Source: Bdellovibrionales bacterium (lineage in GTDB: Bacteria > Bdellovibrionota > Bdellovibrionia > Bdellovibrionales > UBA1609). Taken from it: a stretch of DNA of 64,000 nt. The position numbers and the translations under genes were made by a program. The notes beneath the pieces are model-generated. The model was given only the letters and a program-made list of their open reading frames with translations. It was not told where the DNA came from and ran no database searches. Position 1 is the stretch's first letter; each line of letters begins with the position of its first letter. Shown piece by piece: positions 46,693 to 55,956 of this stretch. The stretch covers positions 27,594 through 91,593 of the forward strand of contig JBGSLV010000043.1 of the NCBI GenBank assembly GCA_041740515.1, written 5' to 3'.

Positions 46693-47478
46693 TTACGACT
46701 TTAAACCAACAATGGCGTAGGCGTCTCGACGATCAAATGTAGAAAGAAAAGATTCGTTGATGGCTTTGCTCAAATTTTCTCGATCCACCACAAAGGAATG
46801 CATCTTTTTTAATGCTTCAAGTTTATCACTTGAAAAAGCAAAAGACTTCACAATCTGCGATAACTCTGAGGAATTTAAAACAAGAACTGTATTTGTGGAC
46901 TTATAGGACGCTATGAAGTCTTGCAACATTTGTAACTTAGCATCGGATTGCGAGGTTTTGGTCAAATCTGCAAACAAGGTTCGGAGCTCAGTGGGATAGA
47001 ATTTTTTTGTAAGTAAAGATTCTTTATTATAAATTTCAATTTTGGCATTTTTCGGAATGTCGATATCTATGCGGATAAAACATGCCCCTTCTAAGGAGGA
47101 GATTTTGTTATTTTTAAGTTTAATGGAACACGAATAATTAAAAATGCCACCCATATTGATACTGTAATCCGAAGTACTTTCTTGAGTTAAGCGGACTCCA
47201 GAAACAGAAGTTCGTGCATCAAATTCAACAGAATGAACTTTAACTACAACTTTATCTAGGGCTGCATTTTTAAGGTAATTGATAACAACCGCTTTATTTT
47301 CAATGGAACCAGGAAGTTTAATTCTTATAGCTTTGGTCTTATCGGTAGGAATTTCAAACTGTTGAGTGCGAGGACTAAATTTTGCTGGTATAGATTTAAT
47401 GTCCACCTGAGCATGAGCGGAATACATTGTCATCCCATGAACAAAAAATAAACTTAAAAAGAATGTAAGTGTTTGCAT
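46693..47478 (-). CDS. Secreted hypothetical protein with a DUF4476-like C-terminal region
   Basis: Signal peptide. SELSQIVKSFAFSSDKLEALKKMHSFVVD resembles the FxFDSDKLE repeat of DUF4476. Confidence 0.4.
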   Translation of the reverse strand: MQTLTFFLSLFFVHGMTMYSAHAQVDIKSIPAKFSPRTQQFEIPTDKTKAIRIKLPGSIENKAVVINYLKNAALDKVVVKVHSVEFDARTSVSGVRLTQESTSDYSINMGGIFNYSCSIKLKNNKISSLEGACFIRIDIDIPKNAKIEIYNKESLLTKKFYPTELRTLFADLTKTSQSDAKLQMLQDFIASYKSTNTVLVLNSSELSQIVKSFAFSSDKLEALKKMHSFVVDRENLSKAINESFLSTFDRRDAYAIVGLKS

Positions 47479-47576
47479 ATAAAAATCTCCAAAACAAATA
47501 AATATTTAATAATTAATGATTTACTTAAATAAGTATTTAAGCAAACTAATTAACTAGAAAAAACTGTTTTTTGACA

Positions 47577-48710
47577 TTAAGGCAAATGACTGTACAAAGG
47601 CTTACCTAATTCATTTTTAGGGATTTCATCTATATAACAAAGTCCTGAAATTCGCTCATGAGCAGGACATTCAGAATTCCAGGTTTTAATCAATTTATTC
47701 AGATTTTTAATGGAGGAAGAAGTATAGGCTATAAGTCTATATCCACTTTTTAAATCAACTTTGGCTACAATTAAGTTGTGCGTTGGATCAATTTTGTTTT
47801 GCAAACAAAATGTGGTGAATCGAGATCTTAAACTTTCTAAATGAACTAAAGTTGAATTAATTTTGATAAAATCGTTAATTCGACCTAAAAAACTTTTAAG
47901 GGTTCGCCCCTGCAATTGCACTAAATCCTCGGTTGTAAAATAACCGCCCTCGTCTCTTGGGGATTGGGCAAATTTAACTTTATCATTTTTTATAATTAAA
48001 TACCCTTTATAGAGAGCTTGCCCTTTAATTTGCAATTGCTGCATCTCGTTTAATCGAATCTGCCAATGCGGCAAAGCTGTTTGAGTTGCATTTGATGGTT
48101 GTCTTTGTGAAAAAATTTGGGAACAGGCTTCAGAAGATCCAAAGGTTCTCAAAATAGGCCAACCTAAATTCAAGGCTTGGTTCATAAGCTCTACACTTAA
48201 ACCAGAGCCTCCGACAAAAACCACTCGTAAACATGTTGGTGCTTTTACTTTGGCTTGAACTATTTCATAGATCAATGAAGGCACTAAAGACGTAATCGTA
48301 ATCTTGTCCGCTTCTATTATTTCTAAAAATTTATTTAAAGACCATTGCTCTAAAATTACAGCCGGTGCGGCGCTAGCAAAAACGGATCTAGATAGCACAC
48401 TAAAGCCACCCATGTGAAAGATAGAGATAGGTGCTAAAAACTTATCTTTAGATTGAACATCGGTCCATTCGCTCACACTGTTCGCCGAGGTTTTTATGCT
48501 GTCAAAATCATGGAGTACAAATTTTTTGGAAGCCGTTGAGCCTGAGGTTTGAAATATAAAACCGTGGGTGACATGCTGTTTTGCTTCAAGGCAAAGTTTT
48601 GATAAATCTTCTTTGGTTAATTCTGTCGTTTTAAAAATACAAAAAATATCGTTTTCCAAATGATACAGATTTTTAATAAAACTATTTTTGAAATCGTCAA
48701 AACTGAGCAT
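47577..48710 (-). CDS. menE: o-Succinylbenzoate-CoA ligase (short AMP-binding enzyme)
   Basis: QTSGSTASKKFVLH, GYFTTEDLV, GRINDFIK and NELGKP motifs. Sits in the men cluster. Confidence 0.75.
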   Translation of the reverse strand: MLSFDDFKNSFIKNLYHLENDIFCIFKTTELTKEDLSKLCLEAKQHVTHGFIFQTSGSTASKKFVLHDFDSIKTSANSVSEWTDVQSKDKFLAPISIFHMGGFSVLSRSVFASAAPAVILEQWSLNKFLEIIEADKITITSLVPSLIYEIVQAKVKAPTCLRVVFVGGSGLSVELMNQALNLGWPILRTFGSSEACSQIFSQRQPSNATQTALPHWQIRLNEMQQLQIKGQALYKGYLIIKNDKVKFAQSPRDEGGYFTTEDLVQLQGRTLKSFLGRINDFIKINSTLVHLESLRSRFTTFCLQNKIDPTHNLIVAKVDLKSGYRLIAYTSSSIKNLNKLIKTWNSECPAHERISGLCYIDEIPKNELGKPLYSHLP

Positions 48711-49761
48711 CTAAGTCCCTTAAATAAATCCATTCAGCCCGAGCCAATTCTTTATCCAAACCCCAACCTCTAAGTTTGTCTTTTTCTTTTAAGTTTAAGA
48801 ATGAGGTTCGAACCTTGGGATCAAGCTCTTGCTTATTATGGGGTTTTAATGAACTTAAAGCATCAAATTCTTGAATGTCAGGAGTTCGAAAAAAATGTCT
48901 GGTGTAAAGACCTGCACCAAAAAATCGGCTCTTCCAATGGGTGAAAATATAGTTGGCCCAATGGGCGGCAATGATATGATCAAGTTCATCCCCCATATTT
49001 GTAGTAATTAGAAGTTTGGATTTGGGGAAAATCTGTAAAACCTCTTTGACTGATTCTTTAGTAGGTTTAACAGCAATAATATCAAATATTTCAGCAAGGG
49101 GCTTTAAGCGTTGATGAAATGTCATATTTTTTTGATCCAAAATCATTTGAAAACCAAGAGCTTTAAGGGCTGTAAGTTCATCGAGGTTTTGCATGTCAAT
49201 AGGATCTTCCCAATATGATCTTTGTAATACATCTCTGGGCCATTGAATTTTTTGGAAGTCTTTAAGCTGGGCGCATGAATTAAAGTCAAAAATAAATTCG
49301 CAACTCTCGTGAAGTTTTAAAAAATCAAAATACATTTGTTGATCTAAAAAAAAATTTAGATTCATTTTAAACTTTAATCTAGTAAAACCATTTCTATATA
49401 AACCAAAAGCTGTTTTTAGATCTTCTTCGGCAGTTAATTTTTTTTGTATGGTAGCCTGGGTTTTTAATTCGTGGCTTACAAAATCTAAAAAATATCTTTC
49501 CTTGGATTTAAGTAAATACTCTTCTTTAAAATTTTCTAGTAAAATAGAAGGTATGTTATTTTTTAACATTTCAATTTGATATTCGACCTCAGGATCACCT
49601 AAAGAAGTATGCAAGGTCATACTTGTATAAAGGTTTTCTTGCTTATAAACCCATTTGAAATCAAGACCTTGGATTGGCTTAACATAAGTGTCTTGGCCAT
49701 GCCTTGCATTTACAGCTGAATTAGGAAAAAGCGAAAAGGTTTTGTAATACAGTGAGCTCAA
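48697..49761 (-). CDS. menC: o-Succinylbenzoate synthase (enolase superfamily)
   Basis: KxK (RLKFKMN), DFN, YWEDPI, MILDQ and VKPT fall at the expected order of the catalytic strands. Sits in the men cluster. Confidence 0.65.
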   Translation of the reverse strand: MSSLYYKTFSLFPNSAVNARHGQDTYVKPIQGLDFKWVYKQENLYTSMTLHTSLGDPEVEYQIEMLKNNIPSILLENFKEEYLLKSKERYFLDFVSHELKTQATIQKKLTAEEDLKTAFGLYRNGFTRLKFKMNLNFFLDQQMYFDFLKLHESCEFIFDFNSCAQLKDFQKIQWPRDVLQRSYWEDPIDMQNLDELTALKALGFQMILDQKNMTFHQRLKPLAEIFDIIAVKPTKESVKEVLQIFPKSKLLITTNMGDELDHIIAAHWANYIFTHWKSRFFGAGLYTRHFFRTPDIQEFDALSSLKPHNKQELDPKVRTSFLNLKEKDKLRGWGLDKELARAEWIYLRDLDAQF

Positions 49762-49791
49762 AATTAAGTCCTATCAAATGGGTCAAAGACC

Positions 49792-50682
49792 TTATAAAGT
49801 TAAAAAGCCAATACACAAAGACAAACAATATCCAAAGTAAGTTAAACTGCTAAATTTTAAAATTTTATTGTATGCAAAACTGGGCGTATGGTTTCGAACC
49901 CAATTCCAGAAGTATAAACTAAATCCAAACCACGGAACACTCAGCCAAATAAATTCTATCTTAAAGAATTCTGTGGGCCAGAAGAAAGTGCCCCCAAACC
50001 CAATAAGAATTAATGCTAAATAATATACAATTCCAAACCGACGGCCCAATCTGACAATTAAGGTTTTTTTATTATTTTGGATATCTTGAAGTTGATCGCG
50101 AAGGTTGTTGACCACAAGTAAAACCGTACATAAACAACCTAATTGTAATCCTAATAAAAATGCAAATAGATTGCCATTTAAGGACAAAGTATAAACCGTT
50201 CCCCAAACTGCAAATCCACCAAAAAAAACGATCACAAAAAAATCCGCAGTTCCTGAATAGGCCAGGGACATTTTGGTACCAGTATATAGATATGATAATA
50301 ACAAACTTAAAACGCCTAAAATCACAAAAAGCCAACCTGTTTTTAAAACAATGGGGATACCTGCGATTAAAGCAATTCCACATAAAACTATGGCCCAGTT
50401 TCTTACTATCTCTGGTTTAACCAATTGGGCTGATGTGACGCGAAGGGGGCCTAAACGATCTGCTTTATCTCCACCTTTAAAAGTATCTAAATAATCATTA
50501 AAAAGATTGGTAGCAATTTGAATTGATAACCCGGAGATTAAGATAGGGAAAATATACCAAGTTTCTATGGACTCCACAGAATATTTTAACGCAAAAAAAT
50601 ACCCAACTAAAATTGGTCCTAAAATAGCTGTTAGTGTTTGTGGACGTGCCGCCAATATAAAATTTTTAAAAGCCATAATCAA
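49792..50682 (-). CDS. menA: 1,4-dihydroxy-2-naphthoate polyprenyltransferase
   Basis: UbiA-family motif NLFNDYLDTFKGGDK and about 8 TM spans. Confidence 0.85.
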   Translation of the reverse strand: MIMAFKNFILAARPQTLTAILGPILVGYFFALKYSVESIETWYIFPILISGLSIQIATNLFNDYLDTFKGGDKADRLGPLRVTSAQLVKPEIVRNWAIVLCGIALIAGIPIVLKTGWLFVILGVLSLLLSYLYTGTKMSLAYSGTADFFVIVFFGGFAVWGTVYTLSLNGNLFAFLLGLQLGCLCTVLLVVNNLRDQLQDIQNNKKTLIVRLGRRFGIVYYLALILIGFGGTFFWPTEFFKIEFIWLSVPWFGFSLYFWNWVRNHTPSFAYNKILKFSSLTYFGYCLSLCIGFLTL

Positions 50683-51436
50683 TTGTCCTCAAAATAAACT
50701 TAAAATCTTCACTTTCAATTAAGCGGTGACTTCGACCAGATAATACTTGCCCAATAAGGTTTGCATTTTTCAAATTCTGAAGTCGATGCATCTGGGTCAT
50801 ATATTTTTCGTCTTCTGATCCACAAAATACATAAAAGAAAAATCCCTTATCTAACAGCTTTGCTGGAATAAGACTTTGACTTTGATTTCGATTCCAAAAT
50901 TGAAAATAACACTTGATCTGATTTAGACTCCAATCGGTTAAAACAGGTTTGTCCTCTTTAAATAGAGTAAGCTCATTCCACTCTTTTAAGAACTGGTCCA
51001 GTTTAGCGTTTTCTAATACTTCTAAAAATTTATGATTCAAGGCTTTTCGATAATTAGTTTCAAGCTGAAATTCATCTTCACTTTGGTAAATACCAAAATG
51101 TGTCGAGATCCAAACAAATTTAGGTTTGATTTCAAAATGTTGCAAGATTCCGCTTTGATATAATGGGTCTAATATGTCGAATAAAACCTTACTACCCATA
51201 GAGTAACTAAAAAAAACGATCTCGTTTGCAAAATTTAGTTTGTTTAAAAATGCTAAAAGCTGCTTTTGTGTTCGGCTAAGCATGGACTCCCAACTTTCAA
51301 ATTTTTCTTCCGATAGTTCAGGCTTAGGTTTTAAATCTAGACTAAAAATTTCAAAACTACTTTGAAGGTCTTTAAAATCATGGCCAGACCCTAAAAATCC
51401 ATGGAAACATATTGCCGTTTTTTTGTTTAGCCTCAT
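50666..51436 (-). CDS. menH: SHCHC synthase (alpha/beta hydrolase)
   Basis: CFHGFLGSGHDF and nucleophile elbow YSMGS. Overlaps menD and menA. Confidence 0.7.
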   Translation of the reverse strand: MRLNKKTAICFHGFLGSGHDFKDLQSSFEIFSLDLKPKPELSEEKFESWESMLSRTQKQLLAFLNKLNFANEIVFFSYSMGSKVLFDILDPLYQSGILQHFEIKPKFVWISTHFGIYQSEDEFQLETNYRKALNHKFLEVLENAKLDQFLKEWNELTLFKEDKPVLTDWSLNQIKCYFQFWNRNQSQSLIPAKLLDKGFFFYVFCGSEDEKYMTQMHRLQNLKNANLIGQVLSGRSHRLIESEDFKFILRTIDYGF

Positions 51437-53010
51437 GTAAAGTCACACTCAATAATATTAGGCCAGGCGTTAGATGTCTTATATTGATTTTCCAACTCAT
51501 GAATGGATTGGATCGACAAATAACTCAAACCCCACATTTCAGCCCAAGAGGCAAACTTTACATCATGTTTATTTATAAATTTTGGATTTTTAAACATTTT
51601 TGCAAAAATTTGTCCTCCCTTGTTGTTAATAATAAATAATGTAAAATTGACTTTATCTAAATTTTTAACCCAATACCAAGCCGCTGCAAGATCATACATG
51701 GTGGTTAAATCTCCAAGGACGGCAATAGTCTTTTGATGTTTAGAATTATAGGCAAGCCCCAAAGCTGTTGATAGCTGACCATCGATGCCATTAAGTCCTC
51801 GACTGGCATAGACTTCATTAAACGTATTAGTTTTATCAGCATCCCAACTTCTAATAGGTAAACTGTTACCAAGATAAAAAACTGTTTCTGTTTCGGACCC
51901 AACAAAAGATTTGTTTTGGTTTAAATGCAGTTGCACAACTAATTGTTTGAGCTGTTTAAAAAAAACCTCTTCATGGGATAGATTGACTTCCAGTTGGTCT
52001 GAATGATTTTGTGTTAACTTCATATCATTTAAAATATTTATACCTTCTAAGTCAGAAAGAAATTGTGCAAACTGGTTTAGTTTAAACACTTCTCCAAAAG
52101 ATAACCCGGGTAAGGGCAATTCAGAAAAGTGAATTACTTTTTTAAAAGCTGCTATTTCAAAATCTCGCCAGACTCGATGAGTTGGAATTCCGCCAATACG
52201 AATCACCAAATCATATAAGGTCATTACTGACATTTTATTCAAATTTTTTGCATTGAGGTGACTAGGAAAAGCATCCATTTCACCGGTGGATTCAAAATAA
52301 TAATCCGCTTGTAATTTCTTGAGTTGACGAGCCCAGCTTAACTTTTGTTGTTTATTTAACCCTGAAAATATCAACAAAAGTTTAGGCGTTTTTTTAGTTT
52401 TTAAGTTGACCTCTGTCAGCTTAAAAATATTTTCTAAACTATATTCTAAAAATTTAAAATTGTAGGGGTTTAATAATTTCGAAAACTCGATTGTTTTATC
52501 TAAACCAGGTTCAAGCAACCAAGGTATGGTCGGAGCATCAAGAAGGGGTTCATCAAAAATACAATTGATATGTAATGGATATGATACTTTATTAGGATCA
52601 AAGGTTTCATCGACACTGGCACCAAGATGGGATAACAAAAAATCTTTTTGTTTCATAGTTTGTGGGGCCCCGCTTCCCCACATAATCTCTGGTCTATCGG
52701 CACTAATAACAATTAAGGGCCATCCCGAATAATGAGCTTCCAGCAAAGCCGAACATGTTTCAACAAATGCTGTTCCAGATGTTGTAAACACGGCCACGGG
52801 CTGCCCCTGTTTCATAGTCAACCCAAGAGCATAAAAACCCGCGGATCGTTCTTCGAAACCCCAGTGAATGGATATGTCCTGAGAGGTACAAGATTCAAGT
52901 GTATCCACAAAAGGGGCGTTTCGTCCTCCGGGACACATAACGAAATGACGAACACCAATTTCATATAGTTTCTGGATAAGCTTTTGTGCTCGAGATATAT
53001 TTGTTGTCAT
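51433..53010 (-). CDS. menD: SEPHCHC synthase (ThDP-dependent)
   Basis: VMCPGGRNAPF N-terminus, ThDP motif GDLTTMYDL...NNKGGQIF. Confidence 0.9.
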   Translation of the reverse strand: MTTNISRAQKLIQKLYEIGVRHFVMCPGGRNAPFVDTLESCTSQDISIHWGFEERSAGFYALGLTMKQGQPVAVFTTSGTAFVETCSALLEAHYSGWPLIVISADRPEIMWGSGAPQTMKQKDFLLSHLGASVDETFDPNKVSYPLHINCIFDEPLLDAPTIPWLLEPGLDKTIEFSKLLNPYNFKFLEYSLENIFKLTEVNLKTKKTPKLLLIFSGLNKQQKLSWARQLKKLQADYYFESTGEMDAFPSHLNAKNLNKMSVMTLYDLVIRIGGIPTHRVWRDFEIAAFKKVIHFSELPLPGLSFGEVFKLNQFAQFLSDLEGINILNDMKLTQNHSDQLEVNLSHEEVFFKQLKQLVVQLHLNQNKSFVGSETETVFYLGNSLPIRSWDADKTNTFNEVYASRGLNGIDGQLSTALGLAYNSKHQKTIAVLGDLTTMYDLAAAWYWVKNLDKVNFTLFIINNKGGQIFAKMFKNPKFINKHDVKFASWAEMWGLSYLSIQSIHELENQYKTSNAWPNIIECDFT

Positions 53011-54074
53011 TATAATCCTAATTTGGTCTTGGTACTTGCAAACTTTAACTTAAGCTCATTAACTTCGTTGGGATATTCACTAAGTGCTGTGATGCCTCCA
53101 CCAACATGAATATACAGATGTGACGTGTCCCAAAACAAACCTCTTAAACAAACCACAACACGACTTTCCTCAGCTGTTATTAGTCCAAAGGGAGCCCCGT
53201 ATGACCCACGTTCATGGACTTGTAAAAGGTTGCCAAAACGTTTCCAGTTTTCAGCAGGGAAGACGCCCACTGCGGCCGTCGGTGCCAGCCTAGTGATAAG
53301 CTTTGTAATATTTGTTGTTGTTGTAAACTCTAGTCTGGCGTGAAGATGTTTGATGGAACCATAAATTTTCTCTTGAACTTGACTCCACTTTAAATCCAGT
53401 CCTGCAAGCTTCGAAGTAATATCCTGAATTACCATTTGGTGCTCTTCTTTAAGTTTTACATCAAGTAGCATGTCAGTCTGATCAATAGCCGGTAAGGTTC
53501 CAGCTAAGGCCATGGTTTCATAGGTATTTCCCAACCCTTTGCTTTCAAATAAAATTTCAGGTGTCTGACCAATGAAGCCTGAGGTCTGATCCCACAAACC
53601 ATACAAAAATTGGTCCTTATTATAAAATTGTAATAGTTTCGCGAGAATGAAAGGTAGATATTTTTTATTGAAATCCTTGGGCTTAGTGGCTTTAAAACTA
53701 ATAAATGGCACTGCTTTTTTTAAGACCCCATTGGTAATAAAATTTTGAAACTGATCATAAGTTTGTTTATATAAATCCCAGTCTGCGCTCCATTCCAATG
53801 CCACTGTTTTTGAATTTGATTCCGATGTTAATAAAGACGCAGATGTTAATTCAGATACTGATTTAATAAAAGAGGCATCCGATGAATAATGGGTAGGGAC
53901 GAATCGATGATTAAGCTTTTTTAAATCATATGTTGGATTTAAAAAAAATGCCTCCGAGGCCTCAGAATTTTGCGAGTCGGTTTCAAGAAGCAACTTTAAA
54001 TTCTGTCCAAAATAAGTCTGACCACTGGGCATACTCATAACAGCGCCATTTAAAAAAAATTGTTCGGGACTCAT
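53010..54074 (-). CDS. menF: Isochorismate synthase (short form)
   Basis: Chorismate-binding C-terminal motifs GAPFG, CLRGLFW and HVGGGITALSEYPNEVNE. Confidence 0.8.
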   Translation of the reverse strand: MSPEQFFLNGAVMSMPSGQTYFGQNLKLLLETDSQNSEASEAFFLNPTYDLKKLNHRFVPTHYSSDASFIKSVSELTSASLLTSESNSKTVALEWSADWDLYKQTYDQFQNFITNGVLKKAVPFISFKATKPKDFNKKYLPFILAKLLQFYNKDQFLYGLWDQTSGFIGQTPEILFESKGLGNTYETMALAGTLPAIDQTDMLLDVKLKEEHQMVIQDITSKLAGLDLKWSQVQEKIYGSIKHLHARLEFTTTTNITKLITRLAPTAAVGVFPAENWKRFGNLLQVHERGSYGAPFGLITAEESRVVVCLRGLFWDTSHLYIHVGGGITALSEYPNEVNELKLKFASTKTKLGL

Positions 54075-54194
54075 TTAGTATTTATATCGGATTTTAGCTC
54101 AAATTGAACGATAAACTTGAAAATGAAACGCAAATCCACGAATTTATGAAGACAATTCTAGAATTTATAGCTAATTTCTTGCAAAAGGATATTT

Positions 54195-55010
54195 ATGAAC
54201 TCAGCCAATTCTTCAAGCACATATCAAACTGTAAAAAAATCTGAAGTCAAAATTTTAGATATTAACTTTAAAGATCAATTACAAGTTATAGCCGGACCAT
54301 GTTCCATTGAATCTCAAGATCAGTTTTACAAAATTGCTGAAAGCTTAAAAAAAATGGGCGTGGGTCTACTTCGAGGTGGACTTTACAAACTACGTACTCG
54401 ACCAGATACATTTCAAGGACATGGAAAAGTCGCTTACCCTTGGGCTGTAGAAGTAAAAAAACATTTAGGAATGGGATTTGTCAGTGAAATCACTGACCCT
54501 CGTCAAATCCAAGAGATGTCAGATGTGGTAGACTGCTTTCAAGTGGGCGCACGTAATATGTACAACTATGACCTGCTGAAAGAACTTGGAAGACAAAAAA
54601 TACCTGTTCTGTTAAAGCGAGCCTTCTCCGCCACTATTGACGAGTGGCTATATGCTTCTGAGTATTTAGAAAAAGGGGGAAATCAATCTGTCCTTTTGTG
54701 TGAACGTGGCATTCGAACTTTTGAAACAAAAACCAGAAATACTTTAGATGTTAACGCCATTTCATACGCCAAACAGTTTTGTAAATACCCTATTTTATCT
54801 GATCCTTCCCACGGCACAGGTCGTGCGGATTTAGTGGAACAAGCATCGCTTGCATCTATTGCGGCCGGTGCAGACGGATTACTTATTGAAGTGCACAACG
54901 ATCCTAATCAAGCTCTCTCTGACAAAGACCAAGCTTTGGATCTTAATCAATTTAAAATTGTCTTTGATAAAAGCCAAAAACTTTATAATTTTTTAAAAAC
55001 TGTAAATTAG
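54195..55010 (+). CDS. 3-deoxy-7-phosphoheptulonate (DAHP) synthase, type I-beta
   Basis: VIAGPCSIES, LLKRAF, CERGIRTFE and SDPSHGTGR motifs. Confidence 0.85.
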   Translation: MNSANSSSTYQTVKKSEVKILDINFKDQLQVIAGPCSIESQDQFYKIAESLKKMGVGLLRGGLYKLRTRPDTFQGHGKVAYPWAVEVKKHLGMGFVSEITDPRQIQEMSDVVDCFQVGARNMYNYDLLKELGRQKIPVLLKRAFSATIDEWLYASEYLEKGGNQSVLLCERGIRTFETKTRNTLDVNAISYAKQFCKYPILSDPSHGTGRADLVEQASLASIAAGADGLLIEVHNDPNQALSDKDQALDLNQFKIVFDKSQKLYNFLKTVN

Positions 55011-55043
55011 TATTTCGGTTTAGAGTTTTTAATAGGATTTATT

Positions 55044-55748
55044 ATGAAAGGACCTGAAGCTGAAAAAATACAGAATCTTTTTTCAGAGATCGCTAAAAGC
55101 TATGATACGGCTAATGATGCTATAACTTTTGGTATGGCCCGTTCTTGGCGACGTCAACTTGTACGTTGGAGTGAGGCGAAAGCCAATGATCAGATTTTAG
55201 ATATTGCCACTGGAACTGGTGATTTGGCTTTTGATTTTTTAAATCTAACATCCAATAAAGCGCAAGTGATTGGGGTTGATTTTTGCGAACCCATGCTTGA
55301 GGTTGCCAGAGACAAAGCCAAAAATAAAAACCTAAAAATTGATTTCTTTTGGGGTGATGCCTGCGATTTAAAATATAAAAATGAATCGTTTGATATTGTT
55401 AGCATTTCATATGGTATTAGAAACGTCGAAAATTTAACCCAAGCCATCCAAGAGATGCATAGAATTTTAAAACCAGGGGGTCGCCTGATGATCCTAGAGA
55501 CTGGGTCTAAAGGCTCTGGAATATTGAGCCCACTTATTGGTATCTATTCTAATTATATTATGCCTTTTGTGGGCGGTCTTATCTCTGGAAAAAAATCTGC
55601 TTACAATTATTTAGGAACATCATCGTCTGAATTTCCATCAGGCCAAAAACTAATCGACCAAATGCAAAAAGCTGCACCATTTAAAACGGCAAATTACAAA
55701 AAAATCCTTGGTGGTGCTAGTTTTATTTATAAGCTGATTAAAGCATAA
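55044..55748 (+). CDS. ubiE: Demethylmenaquinone/ubiquinone methyltransferase
   Basis: YDTANDAITFGMARSWRR and ILDIATGTGDLA SAM motif; LKPGGRLMILE. Confidence 0.85.
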   Translation: MKGPEAEKIQNLFSEIAKSYDTANDAITFGMARSWRRQLVRWSEAKANDQILDIATGTGDLAFDFLNLTSNKAQVIGVDFCEPMLEVARDKAKNKNLKIDFFWGDACDLKYKNESFDIVSISYGIRNVENLTQAIQEMHRILKPGGRLMILETGSKGSGILSPLIGIYSNYIMPFVGGLISGKKSAYNYLGTSSSEFPSGQKLIDQMQKAAPFKTANYKKILGGASFIYKLIKA

Positions 55749-55956
55749 TGACTAAATCTAGTGTTACAATAATTTTAATTTTTTCAATCCTTTATTTACT
55801 TCGCTTTCAACGTATTATAATGCGACTTTAGGAAAATGTAGGTGAAAAATTTAAATTGTCGCAAGACTAGCTTGCTCGATCAATTATTTTTTAGATTCTT
55901 GAATAGAAATAAGTTGCTTTAATATTTTTTATTTACAAGTTAATTGTTTTAATATT

